DNA of 62,475 bases, counting the filler. It is 20 parts of 20 records of this genome, joined end to end, with 100 filler letters (N's around TTAATTAATTAA, not from the genome) between each part and the next. Parts side by side here need not be neighbours in the genome. Positions count along the whole stretch, not along the records: positions 1 to 5,729 come from SRR36015646_25487; positions 5,830 to 8,026 come from SRR36015646_26019; positions 8,127 to 10,907 come from SRR36015646_26253; positions 11,008 to 13,128 come from SRR36015646_26479; 16 more parts are not named here. One strand, given 5' to 3'. The position numbers were made by a program, and so were the translations under genes. Positions 1 through 11,008 of the stretch are shown piece after piece (the first letter of the stretch is position 1; every line of letters starts with the position of its first letter). The notes under the pieces were generated by a model. It was not told the origin of the DNA and ran no database searches. It saw nothing but the letters and a program-made list of their open reading frames with translations.

Positions 1-16
1 ATTTCTTTGGCTAACT

Positions 17-193
17 CAGGATGGAAAACGCCGATGTGCACCGAGTCACTGGGTGCCAGGAGAGAAATCCTAGGTTTACAGTACTACCACGCAGATAGAA
101 ACCCCATTGCTTACCACACAGTGTATAGATGTATTATTCTGGTGCTAACCCAGGACGGGAAACGCCGACGTGCACTGAGTCACTGGGTGGCAG
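17..193 (+). repeat. Imperfect 43-bp direct repeat pair
   Basis: caggatggaaaacgccgatgtgcaccgagtcactgggtgccag (17-59) and caggacgggaaacgccgacgtgcactgagtcactgggtggcag (151-193), 134 nt apart. Confidence 0.85.
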
Positions 194-2001
194 AATTTAT
201 ACACTGTGTCAGCCGAGCATCACGCCTAGGAATACTCATGAGAATTCGGAGATAGTTACAATTATCGGCTAAATAACTGTGGCCCCAACCACCCATACCG
301 GGTGGTATTATTATTAATCAAAGCATACATTTACGTATGCTTTGTTATTGATTCACACAGGGTGCGCCGGGGCTTACCACGCAAAATACTGCCCTGTATA
401 CTGAAGGGATACCACAAGAATGGTTAGATTGAATCAACTGCGCATCTATAGACAGGGGGGAAGTCACAAAACAATGTATTATATGGACTCGACCAAGACG
501 TATAAAAGGATATTGTAAATATTATGTACATACATCTATTGTATTGGGAAACTGTACGGCGAACGTGAAGACCGGAAGAGAATTACTCAGACGCCTGATG
601 AATCTAACCAGGGAATTGACGACAGTCAGCTCCCCAGTTCCTGAAAATGGCATGGACTCCTGATGTCACATGGCTGCACTACGAGGGGTAAAAAAAAAGT
701 GGTCAGTGAGCCAACCTTGGCTTTACCCGGCTAAGTAGGCCCATACGCGGAGTATTTCTGAACTCGTGATCACGGGGCTCGGCGCATATTTCTTGATACA
801 TACGAATAGTTTCTGGCAGCGGGACCCAGCAATCTCGTGTCTACGCTGGACATGGCTCCCGCGGTCAAAAAATTTTTTTTTTCCACCCGCGCTATCCAAC
901 TAACTTTTCAAAAACACGAGGTGCACAAAATAACGATAATAGGTGATCAACAGTATATTTTAATACCAGAAACAACGCCTCATCTGGTCAAGACATAGAG
1001 CACATAATAAGCACATATTCACGGGTACCATAGATAATATAAGGTCGCACATTTAACAACTAGCAACACTAAGGGACCAAATTTGCAGTGCCGTACTGTT
1101 AGGGCCTATTATAGAACAGGCCTACCATAAGTATGATAACAGCTAAGACGCAAGGACTCGGAATCAGGACAACTGGGAACAGGGCCTACACAGTCTAAGA
1201 TTAAAAGACAGCAATGTTTGATTGGAGCAAGCATGCCGCTTAGGGCATGCCGACACTCAGCCTACACTCACACAATTTCACACCACAAAGACACAGGGGA
1301 AACTCACACATGAAACCCATACAAAACACTCAACATACTAAAATCGAACAGTCAGAGATCGGGAATAGGACAGGGGACCATGTAAGGTGGCAAAAAACGG
1401 ACGGACATGTCCCGCCCTTACATCCCCTGGAAATATGAACAACAGGCGCCAAGAGCCGTGCCCGCCCCCCTTCAAAATAAGGGAATAAGGAGATGGCCGA
1501 CGTTATACGATCGTGCCTGGGCACCGCTCGACTAATTTGGTTAGAGGCTGGCCAGTAATCTAACCAACCCATTTAATGGGGGAAGGGTCACAAGAGACAA
1601 CAAAACCTTCCGCCCCAAATGTTGTGTTCACGGGTCACTTTACATTTTTATGCATGAAAGGACCCTCGTGCGAACTAGACTTCAACTAGAATAGAACAGG
1701 GAAAGTGTAGAGGGGTCAAAACGGGCGGATACACACACACGACCCCCCCCCCCTTTTTACATACCCTGAAGACACCGTGGCGGAGCCATACAAATAGACC
1801 CACCCGGTATAGAAGGGCAAAAATCACGAAGGAAGGACTACACGGCCGTAAACGCCATTGCTTCTTCCACAAGAACCCTGCTGCAAGAATTATCATGATG
1901 AAATAAAATACAAACCAATATTCATGACACATTATACGATAAGTTGCCGACGCAAAAGACTCACATACGTTCGTATGTATATTTTTAGAAATACAACGGA
2001 C

Positions 2002-5000
2002 ATGGGGCTAGGGAGAATGATATCAGCCGCTACCTATGGACTATTCTTCCTTCAATTAATATTGGGGTAAGTGAGAATGTGCTACTCACATGATTAAGAT
2101 TAAGATATTCAAATCATTGGAAAGTACAAGTATATAGGATAACGAAATTGACACATGGAATAGTTCAGAACATTAGAACGCGTAGGCATCAACCTAAAGG
2201 GAAAAGGTGGTGGCCACACACAGCGGCCAGCAAAACAGAATTCGAGACAACCCAAATCTCATATTATCATAAACGTCATGATGCACCAATTTAGAGACGA
2301 ATTTTAAATTATTGTTCTAAAAACCTTATTTCCCCAAGTCGAGGGAAAAGGACGTCGTTGGGACACATTTTGGAACGCCAAGTTCGAGATGAATTCTAGA
2401 AAATGAATTAAAAATGACTTCTGGCTACACATTGAAACTAATAACAGAAACTAAGGTCAAACTAGGGCCTTGATACTATAACATTTCAGCCAACGCAGGG
2501 CTTAGTGTAACTCAGGTAATAGTAGACAAATATGACTCCGAGAACATTTTCTTTTTAGGGGACCGCCCGAAGTGATCGATAGGCATGTGCTAGGTGCCAT
2601 CCTCCGACCAGTCGGCGGATACTTGGCCGGGGCCGAAAGACTAAACCTTCAGATTGCCATCGATATAAATAAATATGAAGAATTCGTTAATCAGGAACTA
2701 CCAGAACTAAACAAGGGTATACAAAGTTGCGCCAAACTGAGACAGCTTCCTCTAGTCGAATGTAACTTCAAGAATTCCCTGACCGAACTAACAGCTAACG
2801 GACATCAACGTGTCAAAACTTTATTCGCCAATTTCAAAAATACCATTACGCGAATAGTCTCCTACAGACCAAGGACGGGCAGACACTTATCAGAGACCCC
2901 ATACAACTGGGTCGGTCTTGCGTCATTAGACGATCTGAGTTCCGAAATGTCGATAATCCACATCATCGAGAAGAACCTCCAAGAACTACAAGCTCGGGCT
3001 AACGTGAACGCCGCCGCCACCATCAAGGTCATCGACATCGAAGATGCTCGCCTGGACGTCATTACAACTGAATTAGAACGAATGCAAGAAGTTTACCGGA
3101 ATGCTACACAGGCATTCGCCGACAGGACAGCAACCGTCAGCGACCATAATCAAGAACTGCACAAGGCCACACATAGGATCCAGACATATCTGGACAACGT
3201 CAAGATAACATTGGTCCAGATCCAGAATGACATTGAACGTTTAGCACTAGGACGAATAGGGGTAAACTTAGTGTCACCCCGAGCCTGGGAGCAAGTATAC
3301 CGTGAGGCAAAGCTATTACTAAAATCAATTGCATCCAAAAGGACCCTGATACCGGCAAATGGAAATGAAATGGCACACTCGATTGTCAGAAGCTATAAAC
3401 TAACTAACAACAAATTGGTTATTAACATTGAGGCACACGCGTCTCTACCAGACGAATTTCACACACTCTACCGAGTAGATCTGGTAAATTATCTATTACC
3501 TCAAAATGAACAAGACGTAAGCTTTGCACTCACACTACCCAACTTTATCCACGGGCAAATAGGGGGAAAATTCTACCCGGCAACTCCAGCATCGTATTCA
3601 TGCGAACGCCACGAACAATATTTACTGTGCCAAGACAATCCCAATTATGACGAGACCATTGACAAATGCGTACAAGCCCTTCTCGCAAGCAACGCCAGCT
3701 TAGCAGCTAAATTTTGCCGCCCCCGAATTATGCCTACAATACAAGAAATGATCATTAAACCTCTAGCCCCCACCATGGCTCTAGTACAAGACCCAACCAT
3801 AGTTCAATTACGATCGGAATGTCACGACGCGCGATCAATACTAACCTGCGAATTTTCATGCATCCTCGTGATACGCTGCAACTGCGGCTACACCTCGCTT
3901 CACAGGGATAATAGTGAAACAAAGCTTCCACAGCTGCGAATTTTAGAGTGTTCCAATTCTCAGACAGAGACGGTCCCGGTCGTTCCAGTAATTCTGACAA
4001 CGATTTTACAACAAGAGCAAGTCACCGCAGTGGACTTTAATACTACGAGCATAATTACCGCTCCGCTACAATTACCTAAACTAAATTTCTCAGAACTCAA
4101 CCTGGAAAATCATAATGCACATCTCCAGCTAGCTGCCGTAACGCAAAGACTAAAAAAGGCACGAGAAGATCTCCTCCTGCCTATTCCCCGGCCCGACACT
4201 ACATCTTGGTGGTCCGACAGCGTAACCAGCGCCCTACCCTACGTAAATCTGGCAGGATGGATCACATCAATAGTCCTATACTTCTGCGTTGCCAAACAAT
4301 CAACAATAGGAAGAAGGATAGCAGGATTCGCAATGGTAGCACGAGGAGTGGACTCAAAACATGAAAGACCACTCGATTTAGATTGGCTCCTTCCTACAAC
4401 AGCAAGAGTTAATTACCCACATAATATCACCCATGACCACGACGTATCATTAAGTCACATCGAGGTAGTCTCGACGGCAGTATCACCATTACTGCTGACC
4501 ATAACCATAACGGCTACCTTATACCTGTTGTGGAAGATTTACAGAAAATGCTATATTCTAAACCGGTTCTACCTCGAGATCCGCTCCCCACACGAATCGA
4601 TCCTCTTACCCATCACCCGATCCACGGAATGCCCCTCCATACTTCGCATTGCAGCCAGTCATAACCTACCTGTTAACAATGTAGTGGGATCTATCCGAAT
4701 GAACAGGATGACATGCAATCTTATAGGCTACGTCCGACTCCAATGGAAATTGAAAGTATGTGGGGGCCACGGGGAAATTCATCTTCCATCCCTACTACTC
4801 GTAGGGCCACGTCATTGTCGGATCCTCCAAAGGATAATCGACTCTCTCCAAACGGAGACTTACTTGCTCATAGCCCATCGGGGCAAAATGATATACCTTA
4901 CCTCCCCAACCGGACAGATTAACTGTTTCGAAACGGCACCTTTCGAAATGGATGAGTTAAATGAAATCCCGACACCTACACGGTTCGGAATCATGGGTAA

Positions 5001-5016
5001 GGCCCTTCAGATGTAA
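2002..5016 (+). CDS. env: Env-like class I fusion glycoprotein (baculovirus F / errantivirus Env-like architecture), predicted spliced: exon 2002-2066 plus exon 2559-5016
   Basis: Basic cleavage-like site RPRTGR followed by a fusion-peptide-like HLSETPYNWVGLASLDDL, then long heptad helices, a Cys-rich region, many N-x-S/T sequons and TM segments (ALPYVNLAGWITSIVLYFCVA; VVSTAVSPLLLTITITATLYLLW). The main frame has no ATG or signal peptide at its start (in-frame TGA at 2533). Donor GG|GTAAGT (2066/2067) and acceptor ttttctttttAG|G (2558/2559) join MGLGRMISAATYGLFFLQLILG in frame. Confidence 0.72.
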
Positions 5017-5729
5017 AGACCCGAAAGGAAGCCCCAATGCTCGGGAGAATTCTTGAGCAAACACTATACACATATATCTAATCTGGGCATAGAAAGGAAC
5101 TAACTAGCACCGTAATTAGAGGTAGAAGACAAACATGTATGTACATATGCACACACCAAATATAGGGACACATAAGGATAATCTAGGCGTCCACTGGAAA
5201 TAGAGACGGCGACCAGCTGACTAATACTGCCTTGCCGCCGCCTCTCTTTCGGGGGGAAGGGAAAACGGGACGCCTCTGATAATAACTATAGAAATGCAGA
5301 TTTAACTAATCCCGAACGGTACCACCACAAACCTATTTGATTTTTATTATTCTTAATAAACATATATTCTAGAATCACCATTAGGGGTCAAACCCCAGGC
5401 GTGGGAGGTTCCCTTTGCGGACATTGGGCCTGACGCTTGTCCCTGGGACAATCGTCAAAGCAGAATGGGACGACCTGGCCGGGAGCGGCCCTTTAATGAT
5501 AAAAACCAAAATAACTTGATTAGGCAAAATACAGATAACAACCTTTTCTCACAAAGTCAGTTTGCCCACGCAAAAGAAAGATCAAAGCATTAAAATCACG
5601 CGCGTGATCCCGCATGCCTAATAGCACTGCGGGGACGCGCGTAGGACATACGGGTCTTGTGACATAGTTTGACGGACGCCACGCGTACTCGTGCGCAGAA
5701 AATAAGCGAACGACATCGTCACTCGCAAA

Positions 5730-5829
5730 NNNNNNNNNNNNNNNNNNNNNNNNNNNNNNNNNNNNNNNNNNNNTTAATTAATTAANNNNNNNNNNNNNNN
5801 NNNNNNNNNNNNNNNNNNNNNNNNNNNNN
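5730..5829. other. Artificial contig linker (N44-TTAATTAATTAA-N44), first of 19 copies
   Basis: Identical 100-nt spacers with six-frame stops at 5730, 8027, 10908, 13129, 15609, 19187, 21767, 24419, 28089, 30857, 33739, 36044, 40920, 43695, 47152, 49385, 52172, 55918 and 58461 (each start to start+99). ORFs ending in XXXX..LIN or XXXX..N are truncated by these linkers. Confidence 0.98.
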
Positions 5830-7956
5830 GTGAAAGAATGGACTGAGTTCAAGCGTAAGGTAAGATGGAGAGTAGTTTATCATGATGATGATAAGGACGA
5901 TGACGACGCTGCCAATTTCAAAGGCCCTTTAGATCCGCCATATCAAAAAACTGGTACAGAGCCACCCAGTGCCAAAATACCCGCCGTTGAAGTTTTTCTC
6001 AACAGAGTTGAGAATGACATTTTTGATGGACCTAAATACAAAACAATACAAGATAATGTGTCATCTTCAGAACGTGCTGCCTTACAGTTACACACAGAAA
6101 ATAGGTCTAATGTGGAAAATGAACTAATCATTCGTTTACAGGATAAGGGTAATAGTTTTGTGTTCCTTGATGAGGCTATGGACAAAGAGAAAGTTGAGAC
6201 ACAAATGAGTAGAGGTTCGTTTGAAGAACTAGACTGTGACCCATCTCTGGAAACAGTGGAGATCGTTGCTAACTGGGTGGAGAAATGGTCAAACCATGGT
6301 TTGTCAAAAAAGTGGGTTCATTACATCAGTTTGAATAATGTGTGTAAGCCCGGAAAAAACTATCCTTTAATCAAAACTCATAAAGATGGAAATCCTGCGA
6401 GAGTGATAACTTCTGGTTGTGGAACACCTACTGAACACTTATCGAATTTTGTTGAAACTTATTGCAAATTAGTAGTGAATACCATTAGTTGTCGGATAGA
6501 AGATACTTCCCACATGCTAGACATTTTAGATGAGATCAACACAGAAGGAATCTGTTCTGATGACAATTTGGTTAGCTTCGACATATGTAATATGTTTCCT
6601 TCTATTGACAATACTACAGGAATAGAATGTGTAAGAGAGAAACTTAATAGATGCCCAGAAAAATTCAATGTTCCAGTCGATGCTATTGTGGAAGCCTTGG
6701 AAATTTGCCTAACTAGAAATGCCTCGAGATATAGAGACAAATTTTACTTACAAACCAATGGTACGGCCATGGGGCCGAAAAACGCGTGTTCATATGCAGA
6801 TATTGTTGCTGAGAAGGTTGACAATAAAGTGTTAAATGCCAAGGAGACATTTCCTGAACTACGGTGTTGGTTTCGGTTTCGTGACGATACATTTGTAGTT
6901 TGGCGTGGTGATCAACACAGGCTTAATGAGTTCTTTGAACTACTCAACACATTTGACCAAAACTTACAGTTTACCATGGACTTTGGAGGAAAGTGTTTAC
7001 ATTTCTTGGACCTTGAAATAACTATTGAAAACAACAAACTGGAAACTACCGTTTATAGTAAGGCCACTGATGCGCACCTGTATCTTAACGCCAGCTCAGC
7101 TCATCCCTCAACTCAAATCAGGGGAATTCCCAAAGGAGTTGCACTTCGACTGCGACGTATATGTTCACGTGATGCAGACTATCACACTAAGAGCCAAGAA
7201 TATATCAGCTATCTTACAGACTGTGGCCATGATATTGAGCATGTAACTAGTGTGTTTGAGGAAATTGGTAATTTACCCCGAGCTGAAACACGTGTTAAGA
7301 AGAAGAAAAAGAGTAAAAATCCGTGTGTGTATGTACAGCAGTTTAACCAACATGGTCCAAATATTCGCCGTATCATCAATAGACATTTAAACATTCTTAG
7401 TTTGGATCAACAAGCCAAAAAAGTGTTTCCATCTGGTACATTTCTTGTTGCTTACAAAAGGGGAAAGAATTTAAAAGAACTTTTAGCACCAGCTACCCAA
7501 TCTGACAAACACAGAATCGATGGTAAATGCCAGAAGTGTAATGCTACGAGATGCAATGCTTGCAAGGACTTTCTGTCTGAAACAAATTCATTTGAAAGTT
7601 TAAAAACTGGAAGAACCTTCTATATTCGGAAAAACCTAGTGTGCACATCTAAAAACGTTGTATATTTAGCGGAATGTACTTTATGCAAGTTACAAGGTGT
7701 AGGGAGTACCATTGATTTCAAAAAAAGGCTCTCAAATTACAAATCCCACATAACTAAACAACGGCGTACATGTAGTGTAGTAGGACATTTCATTGACTGT
7801 CATAACAGTAGCTTTTCTAGTCTCACATTCACACTTATAGACCAGTGTGAAAGTAGTAGATCAGGCTTGCGAAGATGTGAAAACTTTTGGATTGGAATGC
7901 TGGTCACCAACTTGAGAGGTCTAAATTCTTCACATGACTTTGTACAACAAGTTTAA
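5830..7956 (+). CDS. Penelope-like element (Neptune-like) reverse transcriptase + GIY-YIG endonuclease, 5' truncated
   Basis: QDKGNSFV, LIKTHK..PARVI, SFDICNMFPSI, QTNGTAMG, WFRFRDDTF, LHFLDL, VYSKATD; Cys-rich linker CQKC..RCNAC; endonuclease NVVYLAECTLCKLQGVGST..RLSNY..H..E.FWI..L.GLN. Confidence 0.93.
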   Translation: MKEWTEFKRKVRWRVVYHDDDKDDDDAANFKGPLDPPYQKTGTEPPSAKIPAVEVFLNRVENDIFDGPKYKTIQDNVSSSERAALQLHTENRSNVENELIIRLQDKGNSFVFLDEAMDKEKVETQMSRGSFEELDCDPSLETVEIVANWVEKWSNHGLSKKWVHYISLNNVCKPGKNYPLIKTHKDGNPARVITSGCGTPTEHLSNFVETYCKLVVNTISCRIEDTSHMLDILDEINTEGICSDDNLVSFDICNMFPSIDNTTGIECVREKLNRCPEKFNVPVDAIVEALEICLTRNASRYRDKFYLQTNGTAMGPKNACSYADIVAEKVDNKVLNAKETFPELRCWFRFRDDTFVVWRGDQHRLNEFFELLNTFDQNLQFTMDFGGKCLHFLDLEITIENNKLETTVYSKATDAHLYLNASSAHPSTQIRGIPKGVALRLRRICSRDADYHTKSQEYISYLTDCGHDIEHVTSVFEEIGNLPRAETRVKKKKKSKNPCVYVQQFNQHGPNIRRIINRHLNILSLDQQAKKVFPSGTFLVAYKRGKNLKELLAPATQSDKHRIDGKCQKCNATRCNACKDFLSETNSFESLKTGRTFYIRKNLVCTSKNVVYLAECTLCKLQGVGSTIDFKKRLSNYKSHITKQRRTCSVVGHFIDCHNSSFSSLTFTLIDQCESSRSGLRRCENFWIGMLVTNLRGLNSSHDFVQQV

Positions 7957-8126
7957 GTACAGGTTCATTATAGTGCTGGTTTGTGTACATTTTTACACTT
8001 GAGTGACCATACATGTAGGTGATATTNNNNNNNNNNNNNNNNNNNNNNNNNNNNNNNNNNNNNNNNNNNNTTAATTAATTAANNNNNNNNNNNNNNNNNN
8101 NNNNNNNNNNNNNNNNNNNNNNNNNN

Positions 8127-10907
8127 ATTCCATCTACCAGTAAAGATCAATTTGGTGGTGTCCTCCTAGAGCATTTAGATATTCTGGAAAGGTTATTTTC
8201 CATTAACATCGCAGTCTATTCTTTGGAGAGAAATAGCGACAATCTCGTCATCGCAACATTAGCTCGCAGATCCTTTACAAAATATAGAAAATCCATGTTT
8301 CTTAACCTGTATAAGAACCATTTCAGCTACATTAACAATTTTTCTTTGTACTCTCGATGTTTTGCGTGTACCAGGTGTCAAAAACTTTGGACAAGTTCCT
8401 GGGTATGTATCAGACACGAAACAACTTGCACAAATGCCGTCAAGCATATATTTCCAACCAAAGTGTATCGCAACGACCCTACCATTTTCGAACAGTTGAG
8501 CGAATTTGACATAGATATTCCCGATGATCTCAAATATTATATGTACTGGACTTGTTTCGATTTTGAGTGTCTTTTACAAAACTTGAATCCGGATCATAAC
8601 ACAAACTTACAGTGGGAAGCTATACATGTCCCAGCATCTGTCTCCATATGTTCAAATGTTCCGGGGCATGAAGAACCCGTATGCTTAGTAACCGAAGGCA
8701 ACCCCCAAGAGTTAGTTGACCGACTTGTGGAATTATTAAACGATGTTAGCGATACCGCTCACGAATTACTTTGCGAAAAATACCAATATATTTTTGAAGA
8801 TATCGAAAATAAACTCGATGACATGGTTCAAATGGAACTCCAATTTCTGAATGAGCACCCTAGCGAAAAATTTGACGTCACTTCTGCAGATGTGGAAAAA
8901 TGCGAGAGAGCTGCAGAGGGTGACGACCTTTTAGAATCCGAATTAATTCAAAATTTGTACGAAGAAAAGGTTCGCTATTCTCTTCCTCTATACAGAGTTT
9001 CAAGAGCACTCCAGCGATGGTTGAGACAGTCCATTGTGCTCGGGTTTAACTCGAAAAACTACGATCTCAACGTGATTAAAGTTTATTTTATTTCCAACTT
9101 GCTTACCACTCGTACCGTGATCAAGTTTGTAGTCAAAAAAAACCAAAGCTACATGTGTTTCGCTACCGAAAAACTAAAATTTTTAGATGTCACTAGCTAT
9201 CTAGCCCCCGGCTTTAGCTATGCCCAATACTTGAAAGCCTTCGGTTGCGAGCAACAAAAGGGTTTTTTTCCATATTCCTGGTTCGATTCTCTCGATAAAT
9301 TACGAGTGAATCACTTACCACCCATCGATGCCTTTTTCAATGATTTAAAAAATAAAGAGCTTTTACCCGAGGAATATGCTGTGTGTGAAAAGGCGTGGAA
9401 AGACCATAATATGTCCACATTCAAAGATTTCCTAATATGGTATAACAACTTAGATGTTCAACCTTTCGTACAAGCGGCATCCAAGCAATTTTCTTTTTAT
9501 CGAAATTTAAATGTAGATATGTTTAAAAGTGCAATGTCAATTCCGGGTGTGACAATGCGCTATTTATTCGATAACATAAGATACACCCCATTCCTGCTCT
9601 TTGGCGAAAAACACAAAGATTTGACTCAAAAAATGAGAGAACAAATTGTTGGGGGGCCTTCGATCGTTTTTCACAGATATCACGAAAGAAAAGTAACTGA
9701 TATAAGAAATATTCCAAACAATAAGTGTGCCAAAATTATCGGGTATGACTGTAATGCTCTGTATTTATGGTCAATTATGCAAGCAATGCCTACTGGAGTT
9801 TTCATTCGGCGTAGGGCTGAAAATGGCTTTCGTGTCGAGAAATTATTCAATCATGGGTACACCGCTTGCGAATATTTAGATTACGTTGCCAGAAGCAAAA
9901 AAATTAAAATTCAACACCAGTTTAACTACGGCGAACGTAGAATTGGTGAGAGAAAGATACCCGTCGATGGTTTTTGCGTCGCCACAAACACAGTTTACCA
10001 ATTCCACGGCTGTTATTTCCACGGTCACGAATGCGAATTAACTCGGGATCGCAATGGTAAACAGGCGTCACACAATGCCGTAAATAACAAACCAATGCAT
10101 GAACTACGGGATAACACAGATTTCAACGATGACTACATAACGTATCTGGGGTACAATCTGGTTATCATGCGCGAGTGTCGATGGAAGGAAATTTGCAGGA
10201 AATATCCCAAAATTAAAAAGTTTTGCGAGTCTCGAAGGCTACCATTGTGGCATAGGTATACCCTCACGCAAAACGAAATTATCGAAAATGTTTCGAGTGG
10301 CACTATTTTTGGCATGATAGAATGCGATATTCACGTCCCAGAAAATTTGCACGAACATTTTTCGGAAATGACCCCCATCTTTAAAAACACACTCGTGAGT
10401 GCAGAGGATATTGGCGATCTTATGGGTGAGCATGCTAAAAATAATGGTATTTACAAAAAACCTCAGAAAACGTTGATTGGCTCTATGAAAGGTGATAAAA
10501 TTCTTTTGGCCACAGATCTTTTTATATGGTACTGCGAGCATGGTCTAGTTTGCACTAAAGTCCACGAAATTATCCAGTTTAAACCAGTGCGTTGCTTCCA
10601 ACGTTTCGGTAATTTCGTTTCCAACACTAGGCGTGAGGGTGACACCGACCCCGATAAGGAAATTCAAGCAGCTAGTGTAAAACTTATTGGTAATGCTTCT
10701 TACGGTAAAGTGATGACAAACGTAGGAAAACACACAGACATTCGTTATACTCATTATTCCGACACTTGTAAGCTCGTCAATAGTAAAGTTTTCAAGTCTA
10801 TAAATCCGCTAGATGACGAATATTGCGAAGTAGAGTCTTTCAAAAATGAAATTGAACACAAACTCCCTTTACATATAGGATTTTTTGTGTACCAGTATGC
10901 CAAAGTT
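8127..10907 (+). CDS. polB: Protein-primed family B DNA polymerase of a Maverick/Polinton, truncated at both ends
   Basis: Exo I CFDFECLL, Exo II GFNSKNYDL, KGFFPYSW, Exo III YNNLDV, motif A YDCNALY..MPTG, motif B KLIGNASYGK; embedded VDGF..YQFHGCYFHGH..ECRW nuclease-like insert. The frame is open from the contig edge. Confidence 0.92.
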
Positions 10908-11008
10908 NNNNNNNNNNNNNNNNNNNNNNNNNNNNNNNNNNNNNNNNNNNNTTAATTAATTAANNNNNNNNNNNNNNNNNNNNNNNNNNNNNNNNNNNNN
11001 NNNNNNNT

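Noticed and set aside
2490-2515. Additional env micro-exon (tttcAG|...CAG|GTAAT)
   Set aside because: It introduces an in-frame TAG when joined to the signal exon and leaves only a 43-nt intron.
5252-5270. Polypurine tract and 3' LTR after env
   Set aside because: A purine run is present but there is no clear TG..CA LTR or second copy to define it.
5774-5785. TTAATTAATTAA as a biological repeat or CRISPR-like array
   Set aside because: Always centred in N44 runs; it is a six-frame-stop joining linker.
7957-8026. Hammerhead ribozyme expected near a Penelope-like element
   Set aside because: No CUGAnGA...GAAA core in the 70 nt available; the contig ends too early. The ctgagag at ~30775 also lacks a downstream GAAA.
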